NCBI GenBank assembly: GCA_024639645.1
Contig: JAHEIB010000003.1
Coordinates: 1-43,351, forward strand
Reading direction: 5' to 3'
Origin: Deltaproteobacteria bacterium
Lineage (GTDB): Bacteria; Desulfobacterota; Desulfobacteria; Desulfobacterales; B30-G6
DNA length: 43,351 nt
Part shown: piece after piece, positions 32,562 through 41,459 of the stretch
How the letters are laid out: each line of letters begins with the position of its first letter
How positions within the stretch are numbered: position 1 is the stretch's first letter
The notes under the pieces: model-generated
What the model saw: only the letters and a program-made list of their open reading frames with translations
The model's database searches: none
What the model was told of the DNA's origin: nothing
Made by a program: the position numbers and the translations under genes

Positions 32562-35500
32562 CTATCCCGCCAATAGCCCTTCAATTTCAGAAAAAATCTG
32601 CTTGTCTGTAAAATGACGTACCTTGGCTGCACCACTGGGACAGTATCCGGCACAACTGCCACACCCTTTGCAGATGGCTTCGTTGACTTCACTGATGCCT
32701 TTGCGCTCGTTGAATTCGATGGCCGTGTAGGGGCAGAGGCTAATGCATACCTGGCATCCGATGCAGATATCAGGGTCGATGGTGGAGATCATCGGTGACA
32801 CGGCCACCTGGCCGGAAGCACTGAGTGAAAGTGCTTCGGCAGCGGCTCCTTTGGCCTGGGCGACGGTATCCGGGATGTCTTTGGGTCCCTGGCAGGCGCC
32901 GGCCAGGAAGACACCGCTCGTAGCGGTGGAAACGGGTTCGAGCTTGGGGTGTTCTTCCTGGTAGAAGCCATCGCTTCCGGTGGAAATACCGAAAATTCTG
33001 GCCACATCGTTTACATCGGGACGTGGCTCCATAGCGGTACACAGGATCACCATTTCCACGGGAATTTTCAATAGACTGTCGGAGAGGGTGTCTTCCGCTG
33101 TTACCCACAGCATGTTGTCGACTTCCTTCACACTTGAGGCTTTGCCGCGGATCATACGAACACCTTCGCTTTGGACACGCGTATAGAATTCTTCGTAGCC
33201 TTTGCCGAAGCAACGCATGTCGATGTAGAAATTGTAAATCTGGGTTTCGTGACCACACTTGTCCTTGAGAAGATGGGCGTACTTAAGGGCATACATACAG
33301 CATGTGCGGGAACAGTACTCATGATAGTTGATGTCGCGACTGCCGATACAGTGCAGGATAGCCACACTTTTGGGTGGCTTGGTGAACTTAAGGTGATCAT
33401 CAGGGTCGCGTTTCAAAAGCCGGCCGCTCGTAGGCCCGGTGGCATTAGACAGGCGTTCGAATTCCAGGTTGGTGAAGACGTTGGCATACCGGCCGTATCC
33501 ATACTGTGTCATGGGGCTTGGATCAAGGGGGTCAAAGCCCGTAGCAACAACGATGGAGCCCACTTCGACATCCTGTATTGTTTCCGTCATGTTATGATTG
33601 ATGGCTTTTGCCTCGCAGGCATCCACGCACAGTTTACAATCACAGCACCCTCCGCAATCCAAACACCGGGCGGCTTCCGCTGTTGCCGCTTCCTCTGAAA
33701 AACCGTGATCGACCTCATGGAAACTTTTCACCCGCTGCTGTGGGTCCAGCAGGGTGGACACGACCCTGGGGCTTGTCTCGATATCTTCGGAGACGGATTT
33801 CCAGTTGTTTCCCGGGGGTGGTCCAACCTCCGGTTGTTCTAGGATTCCATGGCGATCTTCATCACAAAGATAGCGATGGATGGCTGCCACAGCCTTGTGG
33901 CCGGCGGCAACCGCTTCGATGACCGTTGCCGGTCCGGTGACGGCATCACCGGCGCCGAAAACATGCGGGAGACTGGTCTGCATTGTTCCAGGGTTGACCT
34001 TGATGGTATTTCGCGTGGTCAATTCCAGACCGGGTTCTTTTGTGGCCCAGGACACATCAATTTTCTGTCCGATAGCGGGAATGACGGCGTCGCATGGTAC
34101 GATATATTCGGAACCCTTTACCGGAACAGGGCGCCGACGTCCGCTGGCATCCGTAGGGCCGAGTTCTGTCCGGATACAGGTGCACCCGCTTACATGCCCA
34201 TCCTTGCTCTGTATGTCCACAGGTGCTGTGAGAAAGGAGATTTCAATACCTTCCTCCCGGGCCCCGGCAATTTCTTCTTCGTAGGCAGGCATTTCACGTT
34301 CAGAACGTCTGTAGACCACCGTGACATGTTCAGCCCCGAGACGTTTGGCTACCCGTGCCGCGTCTATGGCGACATTTCCACCACCGATAACGACAACCCG
34401 TTTGCCTGGGGCTTCTCGATTCCCCAGGTTGATCTCCCTCAAAAAGCCTACAGCATCAATGACCTCTGCGACCCGCTCCTCTCCCTGGATCTGCATCTGA
34501 AGGGAGCCATGGGCCCCAATCCCCAGAAAAACGGCAGAAAATCCTTTTGACTCAAGATCCGACAGGGATATGTCCTGGCCGAAACGTACATTTGTTTCAA
34601 CGTCGATTCCGTGATCAAGGATATATTGGATCTCCTTTTCCAGCAACTTGGCTGGCAATCGATAGTCGGGGATACCCACACGGAGCATTCCTCCCAGCTG
34701 GCCGAGGGCCTCGAACAAAGTGATGCGGTAGCCTTTGAGTCTCAGGTAATAGGCCACGGTGAGACCGGCGGGTCCGGAACCGATGACGGCGATTTTTTCC
34801 GAACGGTTTTCGATCTTGGGCAGAGGTAGGTCGGAAACGTTCACCTGGTCGGCGGCAAAACGCTTCAACTCACGGATGGCAACCGGGGTGTCCACCTCGA
34901 CCCGGCGACAGGATTTTTCACAGGGTGCCGGACAGACACGGCCAAGGGTCCCGGGGAGGGGTATCTTCTCCATGATGAGTTTTACCGCCTCTTGGTATCG
35001 GCCTGTTTTGATAAGAGCGATATAGCCTTGGACGTTGGTTTCTGCAGGACATGTCTGAACACATGGTGCCCGATCAAGTTTGTCTATGGTGTAAGTGATG
35101 GGAACGGCCTGAGGAAATGGTCGGTAAATAGCTTTTCTCAGCTTGGTGCCCACATCCCATTCATTGGGGAAGGTAACAGGGCATACCTTTTCGCACTCAC
35201 CGCACCCAGTGCAGTTGGTTTCGATATAACGTGCTTTGCGAAGGATTTTGACTTTGAAGTTGCCGATAAATCCGCTGACATCCACTATTTCACTGTAAGA
35301 CAGGAGTTCAATGTTGCGCTCCTGGCCCACAGAGACCATTTTCGGTGTTCCAATACATGCCGCACAGTCCAGGGTGGGAAAGGTTTTGTCATACTGGAGC
35401 ATGTGCCCCCCGATGGTGGGCGTTCTTTCTACCAGGTATACCCTGAAACCGGCACTGGCGATATCCAGGGATGCCTGCATGCCGGCGATACCAGCGCCTA

Positions 35501-35942
35501 CCACGAGGGTGTTTGTACAGACGGGAAATTCCGCCGGTGTTAATTCCTGCTGGTGAACAACACGCATAATGCCTGCTCCGGCTATAATCTTGGCTTTTTG
35601 TGTTGCTTTTTCCTCCTCCAGGGTCACCCAGGAAACATGTTCCCGGACACTGACCATGTGGAAGGACCTGTAGGGGTTGAGACCGGCGCGCTGGCAGGCA
35701 GCCCGAAAGGTTTTTTCGTGCATCCTTGGAGAGCAGGATGCCACAACCACACGCGTGAGATGGTGGGTCCGAATATCATTTTCAATCAATTCCTGACCCG
35801 GATCCGAGCACATGAACAGATAATCCCGTGATACGGTTACATTCGGGAGGGTCGCTACATAAGCAGCCACCTCCTCCACCCGGACACGGTAAGCGATATT
35901 AATGCCGCAGTGGCAGATGTAGAATCCGACGCGTTCAGGCAT
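32562..35942 (-). CDS. hdrL: HdrL-like protein: HdrA with a GltD/NfnB-like NAD(P)H-binding insertion
   Basis: YICHCG, DKTFPTLDCAAC; insert APC...CP...LGRVCPAPCE..C, GSGPAG, GIPDYRLP, GGGNVAIDAAR, YRRS; HCIGSR, CSRTCC; start 35942 after CAGGAGG. Confidence 0.87.
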   Translation of the reverse strand: MPERVGFYICHCGINIAYRVRVEEVAAYVATLPNVTVSRDYLFMCSDPGQELIENDIRTHHLTRVVVASCSPRMHEKTFRAACQRAGLNPYRSFHMVSVREHVSWVTLEEEKATQKAKIIAGAGIMRVVHQQELTPAEFPVCTNTLVVGAGIAGMQASLDIASAGFRVYLVERTPTIGGHMLQYDKTFPTLDCAACIGTPKMVSVGQERNIELLSYSEIVDVSGFIGNFKVKILRKARYIETNCTGCGECEKVCPVTFPNEWDVGTKLRKAIYRPFPQAVPITYTIDKLDRAPCVQTCPAETNVQGYIALIKTGRYQEAVKLIMEKIPLPGTLGRVCPAPCEKSCRRVEVDTPVAIRELKRFAADQVNVSDLPLPKIENRSEKIAVIGSGPAGLTVAYYLRLKGYRITLFEALGQLGGMLRVGIPDYRLPAKLLEKEIQYILDHGIDVETNVRFGQDISLSDLESKGFSAVFLGIGAHGSLQMQIQGEERVAEVIDAVGFLREINLGNREAPGKRVVVIGGGNVAIDAARVAKRLGAEHVTVVYRRSEREMPAYEEEIAGAREEGIEISFLTAPVDIQSKDGHVSGCTCIRTELGPTDASGRRRPVPVKGSEYIVPCDAVIPAIGQKIDVSWATKEPGLELTTRNTIKVNPGTMQTSLPHVFGAGDAVTGPATVIEAVAAGHKAVAAIHRYLCDEDRHGILEQPEVGPPPGNNWKSVSEDIETSPRVVSTLLDPQQRVKSFHEVDHGFSEEAATAEAARCLDCGGCCDCKLCVDACEAKAINHNMTETIQDVEVGSIVVATGFDPLDPSPMTQYGYGRYANVFTNLEFERLSNATGPTSGRLLKRDPDDHLKFTKPPKSVAILHCIGSRDINYHEYCSRTCCMYALKYAHLLKDKCGHETQIYNFYIDMRCFGKGYEEFYTRVQSEGVRMIRGKASSVKEVDNMLWVTAEDTLSDSLLKIPVEMVILCTAMEPRPDVNDVARIFGISTGSDGFYQEEHPKLEPVSTATSGVFLAGACQGPKDIPDTVAQAKGAAAEALSLSASGQVAVSPMISTIDPDICIGCQVCISLCPYTAIEFNERKGISEVNEAICKGCGSCAGYCPSGAAKVRHFTDKQIFSEIEGLLAG

Positions 35943-38235
35943 GCAGGGCCTCCTGGTCAAGTTCTAAATTGATATGGACAGGCATGGGGTGTTCATATCT
36001 TATCTCAATGGATTGAATCAGTAGCTCGGCAATATCTTGAACAGCAATGCGTTCTTGGATACCGAGGTTCATGATGGCTTTTTGGAGCATCCGTGTGCAA
36101 TAGGGACAGGCCGTGGCGATCACACCGGCACCAGTGTTCAGGGCCTGTTCAATTCGCTGCACTGCCAGTCGGTCATTGGAGGAAGGATCCTGGAATGCGC
36201 CCCCGCCCCCGCCCCCGCAGCAGAGGCTGTTGTTACGATTGTCAGGCATTTCAACAAGGCTGAGACCCGGGATGCCCTTCAAAATACGGCGCGGCGCGTC
36301 GTAAATGCCGTTGTGACGCCCCAGGTAACAGGGATCGTGAAAGGTGACACGGCTTGTTACTTCGAATCTTGGGACCAGATCTCCTTTTGAGACGAGTCGA
36401 TCAAGGAGCACGGTGTAGTGTTCGAATTCCATGTGCGCCCGGGTATTTGCATACGCTTTTCGAAAGGTTTCAAGACAATGGGGTGAGGTCGTGAGGACCC
36501 TTTCAACACCCCGACGCTGAAAAAGCGACATATTCTCATGTGAAAGGTCTGAAAAACGGTCTACAGCACCTAATCGGAAGGCCGGGTCTCCGCAACAACG
36601 CTCTTCTTTTCCAAGGCTGCCAAATCCTACTTTTGCCTGCAGCAGCAGTTTGAGGAGCGCCCGGCCGGCCTGATTGCATGTCTGGGACGGTGTTTCGTCA
36701 TATGCCGTGGTGCAGCACGTGAACAGGCAATAGGTATGTTCCGGTTTGAAATCAGGTATATGGATATCTTCTGACCAGCACAATCGTTGCCCGGGGTCTC
36801 CCCCCCAGGGGTTACCTTTGTCCGTTAGTTGCTGCAAAGGGATTTCGAACGGCGCCGGGGTGTGCCCCTGTATGTTCTGGATTTCCCGGACGGATCTGAT
36901 TACATCGATGAGATGAATTCCCCGGGGGCAGGCGTCCCCGCAGGCATCACAGGTGACGCAGTTCCATGCAGCGTCATCGACACTCTTTACGGTACCGGTA
37001 CCCAGGCCGATTTGGCGAAGAATCTGTCTGGGGCTGTAAGCTGATACCTGATTCCAGGGACAGACAGCGGTACAGGTGCCGCACTGCAAGCAGACCATAA
37101 ACAGCTCTCCAATACGCGTCTTGACGTTTTGCATGTCCACGGAAGAGGGTTTTGCAGCTTTTTCCCGAACGCTTGTCAAAAACAGGGCCAGGGGGCGGTA
37201 GAAGAGGTGGGACCACTTTCCAAAAGGGACCTCGATGACCAGCATGGGCACGGCGATGGCCAGATGGATGACATACATGACATACGTACCCATGGGCCAG
37301 CCGGCCAGGCGCACCATGTGCATGATGATACCGGTCAGGGTGGTCAGAAAAAGGAGGATCAGGAAAAGCCAGTCGGAAAGCTCTGAAAAGCGGTGGAGGG
37401 CCTCTTGTTTTCTGCGTCGGCTCTGGAACATTTCAATGGTAACGATCAGGATGACACCGGTGGCATAGTATCCAAAGAGGCTCGAGAAATGCCAGCTGCT
37501 ATCATCCACCTGAAACCAGCGGATAAATACGATAATCAGGGTCATCATGGTCATGTAGCCGGATACCAGAAGAAAATGTTTCAGCCAGCGGCTTTTGTCC
37601 TCACTGCATTCCCGCCAGCGCTTCTGGGTTGCAAAATGAAGCACAAAGGATTTGGCTTCGGTCAGATAAAGCCGGAAAGGTACGGACGTGTCGCTCATGA
37701 TGAATCGGAACATCCTGAATGCATTTGACAGGAGAAAGAGTGACAGCACAGCCGCCATGCCAAGATCGCCGATTTCGATCCACAGAACCGGCACAAAGGT
37801 ATTGACGGCCACATGATCGGTAATGATGGGGCCGTGAAAAAACCAGAATAGAGCGATGATACCCAGGGCCACCACACCCAGCGCACCCATCTCCCATGTT
37901 TCGTAGAGATAGAATTTTTTGGCGAGACCGGTCCAGTCGTACTGGGTGGTCAACCACCGGCGGGTTGCCATCATGGTTTCTGCGGGTTCGGCACCCCGGG
38001 GACAATCTAAATTGCATTCACCACAATAATAACAGAGCCACGGGACGGGTGACTGGAGCAGCTTGTCTCTTAAACCCAGCTGAAGATAGCGGTATATCTT
38101 TCGAGGGAATGTATCTGTGCCGGTGGAAAGGGGACATGACGCGCTGCAGGTGCCGCATTGCATGCAGATTTCCATGTCTCTGGCCCCGAACTTTGCTACC
38201 TCCTGGTAAAGTTCCGGGTCGATTTCCTTATACAT
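35935..38235 (-). CDS. Membrane heterodisulfide-reductase-like protein (QmoC-like ferredoxin plus cytochrome b TM region fused to HdrD-like ferredoxin and 2 CCG domains; HdrF-type)
   Basis: CMQCGTCSASCP and CYYCGECNLDCP; about 6 TM helices with His (KHF, IHL, KWSHLFYRP); second dicluster; RCCG...SPHC and HDPCYLGR...LCCGGGGG...TACPYC. Confidence 0.88.
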   Translation of the reverse strand: MYKEIDPELYQEVAKFGARDMEICMQCGTCSASCPLSTGTDTFPRKIYRYLQLGLRDKLLQSPVPWLCYYCGECNLDCPRGAEPAETMMATRRWLTTQYDWTGLAKKFYLYETWEMGALGVVALGIIALFWFFHGPIITDHVAVNTFVPVLWIEIGDLGMAAVLSLFLLSNAFRMFRFIMSDTSVPFRLYLTEAKSFVLHFATQKRWRECSEDKSRWLKHFLLVSGYMTMMTLIIVFIRWFQVDDSSWHFSSLFGYYATGVILIVTIEMFQSRRRKQEALHRFSELSDWLFLILLFLTTLTGIIMHMVRLAGWPMGTYVMYVIHLAIAVPMLVIEVPFGKWSHLFYRPLALFLTSVREKAAKPSSVDMQNVKTRIGELFMVCLQCGTCTAVCPWNQVSAYSPRQILRQIGLGTGTVKSVDDAAWNCVTCDACGDACPRGIHLIDVIRSVREIQNIQGHTPAPFEIPLQQLTDKGNPWGGDPGQRLCWSEDIHIPDFKPEHTYCLFTCCTTAYDETPSQTCNQAGRALLKLLLQAKVGFGSLGKEERCCGDPAFRLGAVDRFSDLSHENMSLFQRRGVERVLTTSPHCLETFRKAYANTRAHMEFEHYTVLLDRLVSKGDLVPRFEVTSRVTFHDPCYLGRHNGIYDAPRRILKGIPGLSLVEMPDNRNNSLCCGGGGGGAFQDPSSNDRLAVQRIEQALNTGAGVIATACPYCTRMLQKAIMNLGIQERIAVQDIAELLIQSIEIRYEHPMPVHINLELDQEALHA

Positions 38236-38343
38236 GTGATCATCTCCCTAAGCATTTAGAATTTTCAATTGAACCCTTAATTCCTGCAACGGTTCAAACA
38301 TGAAACACGAAGTAATGCAGACTTTTTGCATCTGGATATCCAC

Positions 38344-38760
38344 CTATCCATGTTCCAGGGTAGACAAATCCTGAACTGTCGTCAGGAGATCCTCGGTTTC
38401 CAGCGGTTTTTCCATGAACGTATCGGTTAATTCATAGGCTTCACAGTGCCTGTAACCGTATACGTTTTGGCATCTCAGAAACGTGTCTTTATCCAGGTTA
38501 GAGAGCATGATGACCGGTATATGCCTGAGGACCTTGTCCTGCTTGAGGTTTTGATACAGATGGATGCCGCTTTTTCCCGGCATCATCATGTTGAGGATGA
38601 TGACGGATGGATGCTCTGTAATAGCTTTTTTGAACCCGTCTGCCTTGTTGTTCGCCGTAATTGCATTGAATCCGCTGGCGTTCAGGAGATTTATAAGGAA
38701 AATTCTCGTATCTGCCTCATCGTCCACCACAAGGATTTTTTTCACGATTTTTGCAGACAC
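38344..38760 (-). CDS. Single-domain response regulator with the phospho-acceptor Asp replaced by Asn
   Basis: GTG start after GGGAGG; KILVVDDE...VIILNMMMPGKSG...MLS...MEKP; AAC codon at 38590-38592. Confidence 0.85.
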   Translation of the reverse strand: MSAKIVKKILVVDDEADTRIFLINLLNASGFNAITANNKADGFKKAITEHPSVIILNMMMPGKSGIHLYQNLKQDKVLRHIPVIMLSNLDKDTFLRCQNVYGYRHCEAYELTDTFMEKPLETEDLLTTVQDLSTLEHG

Positions 38761-38869
38761 CCCAAAAGCCTCCCGGAAAAAAATGCTTTCGCGTTTGTGG
38801 TCTGTCAGAGAGGAATGTACACAGTGCAATCTCAGACCTTTGTTGCTATTCAGGTTTATCTGATGAATT

Positions 38870-38885
38870 AGCACAGAGCGTGCCA
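38870..38885 (-). promoter_or_regulatory. sigma54 (-24/-12) promoter
   Basis: TGGCACGCTCTGTGCT: GG-N10-GC with TGGCACG, ~110 nt upstream of the receiver gene and next to a bEBP gene. Confidence 0.75.
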
Positions 38886-38957
38886 AACTTATAATGATAT
38901 ATAACTTACAGAAATAATTGGTATAAAATGAATATTTCCCATCAGGTCATACCCTGC

Positions 38958-38998
38958 TACATCACATATGTTGCAATAAACGCAACATATGTGATGTA
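38958..38998. promoter_or_regulatory. Perfect 17-bp inverted repeat, probable upstream activator site
   Basis: TACATCACATATGTTGC-aataaac-GCAACATATGTGATGTA, 73-113 bp upstream of the -24 element and separated from it by an AT-rich tract. Confidence 0.7.
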
Positions 38999-39571
38999 AC
39001 TTATTAATAATATGATTTAAAAATTTCCTGAAACATATTGCAACGTAAGTGCAACATTGATGCAGCGTTGTGATGCTTTCAAAGCAAGGCACCGGATGTA
39101 ACAAAGGGTGCCAGCGAGCGCATCATTGATATATATGGTTCTTTTACAGAGATCAGGCGGGATGTCCTGGCGGAGTTGTATTTACGAACAGGGAAAAAGT
39201 AGGGTCCGAGGGGAATAGGCTTTGTCAGAATAGCATTCCTAAATTGCTTCGACAAATAAGGTCAAACGACCGCTCGAACTTGCAAATAAGCGCTCGTAAG
39301 GAACGCACGTGCCAAGGTATTAAAATACGATTGTCTGGTTAACAGATCTGGATTGTAATAAATTGAAGCGTACCCTGAAGCAAGCTGCAGTGAATGCTCT
39401 GCCTGACGGCAGTGCTATGCATCTCGATAATGATTTTATCTATTTGATCTGCTCGCTGACACCGCAGCAAACCTCGGGGTTAGCGCTCGCTGTTTCGGTT
39501 CAACAACGGACGAATGGGGATCTCATTGGCTATTTTGTTCCTGCCTGGCATCGTTGCGCTCTCCATGAGCA

Positions 39572-39640
39572 TTAAATGATAAGTTTTAAGCATTATGCTG
39601 CGTATCGTTTAATGATCAAAGCTTATCGCCGAAGCAGCTA
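39572..39640. repeat. Degenerate 7-nt repeat array at the bEBP 3' end
   Basis: tgataag ttttaag cattatg ... aagctta tcgccga agcagcta. Confidence 0.5.
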
Positions 39641-41371
39641 AAGTAGGTGATACCGCTTCATCTTTCGCCATAGGGTGGTGCGATCCATATTTAAAGTACG
39701 GGCTGTTTCTTTTCGGTTTCCGCCCTGCTGTTTTAAGACCTGGATGATTTTTTGGCGTTCTATTGAGGCTGATGCATCAGCACTAAGATCGGAGAGCGCT
39801 GTTTGCATATCCGATGCCGGGGAAGAGAACTGAACGTGCTCGGGCAGGTGTTCGGGTAGAATTTCCTGTTCCTGACTGATAATCAGGGCGTGCTCGAGAA
39901 TGTTTTCAAGTTCCCTCACGTTGCCGGGATAATCAAACTTGAGAAGTATTTCCAGGGTGGATTTTGAAATATTCACCGGGTGGTTGCCCCTGGCGGCACA
40001 GAGCCGTCTCAGTATATGCCGTAACAGCAGGGGTAGGTCTATCTTGCGGTCCTTCAGTGTCGGGAGTCTAAGTCTGAAAACATTCAACCGATAAAAAAGA
40101 TCTTCTCGGAACAATCCGTTTTCTACCAGCTTGTCGAGTTTTCTATTGCTGGCAGATAAAATTCGCACATCGACTTTACGGGTATGGCGACTCCCCAGTG
40201 GATAAAACTCCCTGTCTTCCAGTACCCTCAATAGTTTTGCCTGAAGTGACAAAGGCAGATCACCGATTTCGTCCAGGAAAATAGAGCCGCCATCCGCTTC
40301 GTTGAATCGTCCGGGTTTGTCCCGATCGGCGCCTGTAAATGCGCCTTTGACGTATCCGAACATCTCAGATTCCAGCAGGTTGTCCGGAATGGCGGCGCAG
40401 TTGACCTTGACAAAGGGGCAGGATGCCCGTTGGCTGGAAGAGTGGATGACCTTTGCCAGAAGGTCTTTGCCGGTTCCCGTGGGCCCTTCAATGAGGATGG
40501 TCGCGTCGGTTCCGGCAATAACGGATACGGTTTCAAACACTTTCTGCATCTCAGGGCTCTTGCCGATCATATCGTGGAAGGTGTATCGGTCGCTGATAAC
40601 CTGATCCAACTGGTGTTCGAGGGTAAGGTCGTGAAAAGTGGCCAGCCCACCGACGATGGCGTCTTTTTCGTTTTTCAGGGCAATGATATTGGCTCTGACG
40701 GGAACCTTTTCACCGGCGTTGGAAATGATTTCTCCCTGCCGGATGCTCTGCTTGATTCCTTTTTTGATGGATTCTTTCAAGAGGAAGAGATCGTTGGTTC
40801 CGTCGTTTCCGAAAATAGTTGAACAGGATTTTCCCAGGACCTGGCGTCGGTCATAACCGGATATTTTCTCGGCTTTGTTATTGAAAAAGGTTATGTAGCC
40901 CCCTCGGTTGACCGTAAAAATACCCACATCGAGATTGTCCAGGATTATTTTCAGGCTGCGCTCCTCATAATGAATGCGGTCGATGAGGTCCGCGATGGGG
41001 GAATGGTCCTGGAGAATCGTGAGACAGCCGGCCAGTTGATAACTTGCATCATAAATCGGGATAGCCATCCGTGTTAGCAAGCGTGCCGTTTCATTCTCAT
41101 TGATGATTTCCACCTCCGGCTCGTCTGTGACGGCATTGCTGTTCCCCTTCAGAAGGCAGGTGGTCATGCAGGGAACACCGGTGAAGATATCACGGCAATC
41201 TTTCTCTTTGACATCATTTTCTTTCAAACCCATGAGCGCCTGGGCCGTCAGGTTCATGGACTTTACCTTCCGGCCGAGATCCACAGTAAAGGCACCGACG
41301 CCGAGTTCATCGAGGATTGCCAGGGATTGATCGCTCCGGATGACATCTATTCTTTTATGATCTAAAGACAT
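39638..41371 (-). CDS. sigma54-dependent enhancer-binding protein (PAS-PAS-AAA+-Fis HTH)
   Basis: [55 protein letters not shown]. Confidence 0.95.
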   Translation of the reverse strand: MSLDHKRIDVIRSDQSLAILDELGVGAFTVDLGRKVKSMNLTAQALMGLKENDVKEKDCRDIFTGVPCMTTCLLKGNSNAVTDEPEVEIINENETARLLTRMAIPIYDASYQLAGCLTILQDHSPIADLIDRIHYEERSLKIILDNLDVGIFTVNRGGYITFFNNKAEKISGYDRRQVLGKSCSTIFGNDGTNDLFLLKESIKKGIKQSIRQGEIISNAGEKVPVRANIIALKNEKDAIVGGLATFHDLTLEHQLDQVISDRYTFHDMIGKSPEMQKVFETVSVIAGTDATILIEGPTGTGKDLLAKVIHSSSQRASCPFVKVNCAAIPDNLLESEMFGYVKGAFTGADRDKPGRFNEADGGSIFLDEIGDLPLSLQAKLLRVLEDREFYPLGSRHTRKVDVRILSASNRKLDKLVENGLFREDLFYRLNVFRLRLPTLKDRKIDLPLLLRHILRRLCAARGNHPVNISKSTLEILLKFDYPGNVRELENILEHALIISQEQEILPEHLPEHVQFSSPASDMQTALSDLSADASASIERQKIIQVLKQQGGNRKETARTLNMDRTTLWRKMKRYHLL

Positions 41372-41400
41372 TTGGAAACTCCGATAAAATTGCTTCGCAT

Positions 41401-41459
41401 TATTAGCTCATAGCTGATAGCCCGCTACGAGCTAGCAGCTATCAGTCACCGGCAGTCGG
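41401..41459. repeat. Inverted 7-nt repeat array overlapping the kinase 3' end
   Basis: attagc tcatagc tgatagc ... ctacgag ctagcag ctatcag tcaccgg cagtcgg. Confidence 0.7.
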
